Of a stretch of 20,000 nt of DNA, positions 19,387 through 20,000 are shown in pieces. The notes under the pieces were generated by a model. It did not search any database, was not told the DNA's origin, and saw nothing but the letters and a program-made list of their open reading frames with translations. The stretch is taken from NCBI GenBank assembly GCA_040437565.1, contig JBDOQK010000017.1, positions 540,401 through 560,400 on the forward strand, read 5' to 3'. This stretch comes from Albugo candida. Its lineage: Eukaryota. A program made the position numbers and the translations under genes. The first letter of the stretch is position 1. Every line of letters begins with the position of its first letter.

Positions 19387-19698
19387 TTAGCAAAATAAAA
19401 ATCGAATGAATATCTTCCTTAAAGCAGCTCTGTCAGTCACTCAACTTCTGTCTTCCAATTGGATGACACCTTGGACGCAGCATGTAAATACTACATTGGG
19501 CGTAAGTAATAAATTTATGACTCCAACCGCAATGATATTAAAGCTTGAGAAGGGCTTAGAAACGTTTTGACAGTCTCTACGTAAGCTTATTCACAACGAA
19601 AGTACCGTCCATACTATTTTTTCTCGCAACTGAATTTTCGGATTTGGTTCCATTGAGCTTATAGAGCGGGCGTGGAAAGCGTGCTTTAGCATACTCAT
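19387..19698 (-). pseudogene. Possible remnant of a Sec61-alpha N-terminal region
   Basis: One frame with two internal stops: PNPKIQLREKIVWTVLSL*ISL...KPFSSFNII...GVINLLLTPNV...GVIQLEDRS*VTDRAAL. Compare Sec61-alpha [22 protein letters not shown]...DPFYWMRVI...GTLMELGISPIV...IIEV...DRALF (recalled consensus). Spacing is ~15 aa shorter than expected and no clear match continues downstream. Confidence 0.4.
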
Positions 19699-20000
19699 AC
19701 CATGTCGATTCTTTTCAGTTGTGTTATCATCGCTGAGTAGTGGATATTCTGCGCCTCCAATTTACCGTCATGATCAAGATTTTCTTGCCGTCTCGGCAAC
19801 ATTGATTTGTAGCAGAAATGAAGAAGAGCTCATCCATATATATATTCCTGCTTTAGTCCAATATATTTGAATTAATGTGCTGGAATATGGCTAATTGTCA
19901 CGCGGTTAGGAAGACCTTGTGACATGAAATGTTAACAAGTGGCAAGGCTATCAAAGAAGATTAGGTGAAGAACGGAGTTTCAAAAGATTTTCAAAAACAA

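Noticed and set aside
1..20000. Alternative genetic code or stop readthrough as the reason for few ORFs
   Set aside because: Broken frames contain TAA, TAG and TGA as well as frameshifts, while a 710-codon ORF reads cleanly in the standard code. Decay explains the pattern better.
1..20000. CRISPR array or other regularly spaced repeat array
   Set aside because: No series of equal-length repeats with unique spacers seen on either strand.

Overview
AT-rich, gene-sparse eukaryotic scaffold with four 100-N gaps; three gaps have duplicated flanks. It is not a prokaryotic operon region. The only long intact ORF (11988..14120, minus strand, probable true start 14039) encodes a secreted Cys-rich protein with a CHxC motif just after the signal peptide and five repeated CxxC...CxnC modules. 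This resembles the CHxC/CCG effector class of the oomycete Albugo; the organism assignment is my inference. Manual translation through stops and frameshifts shows that much of the apparently empty DNA is decayed genes: a collinear tandem paralogue of the effector (~9050..11678, minus), two more probable family remnants (6758..~7760 and 14909..~15580, plus), a degenerate Mutator-like (MULE) transposon with terminal inverted repeats (15824..18017), two tRNA-derived SINE-like heads, and weaker remnants resembling an S1+TPR (TTC14-like) gene, a Sec61-alpha N-terminus, a retropepsin and two small secreted-protein genes. I found no CRISPR array, rRNA or intact tRNA, and no convincing wholly new system. 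The most notable signal is a modular effector cluster undergoing birth and death. All homology calls are by eye and need database confirmation.
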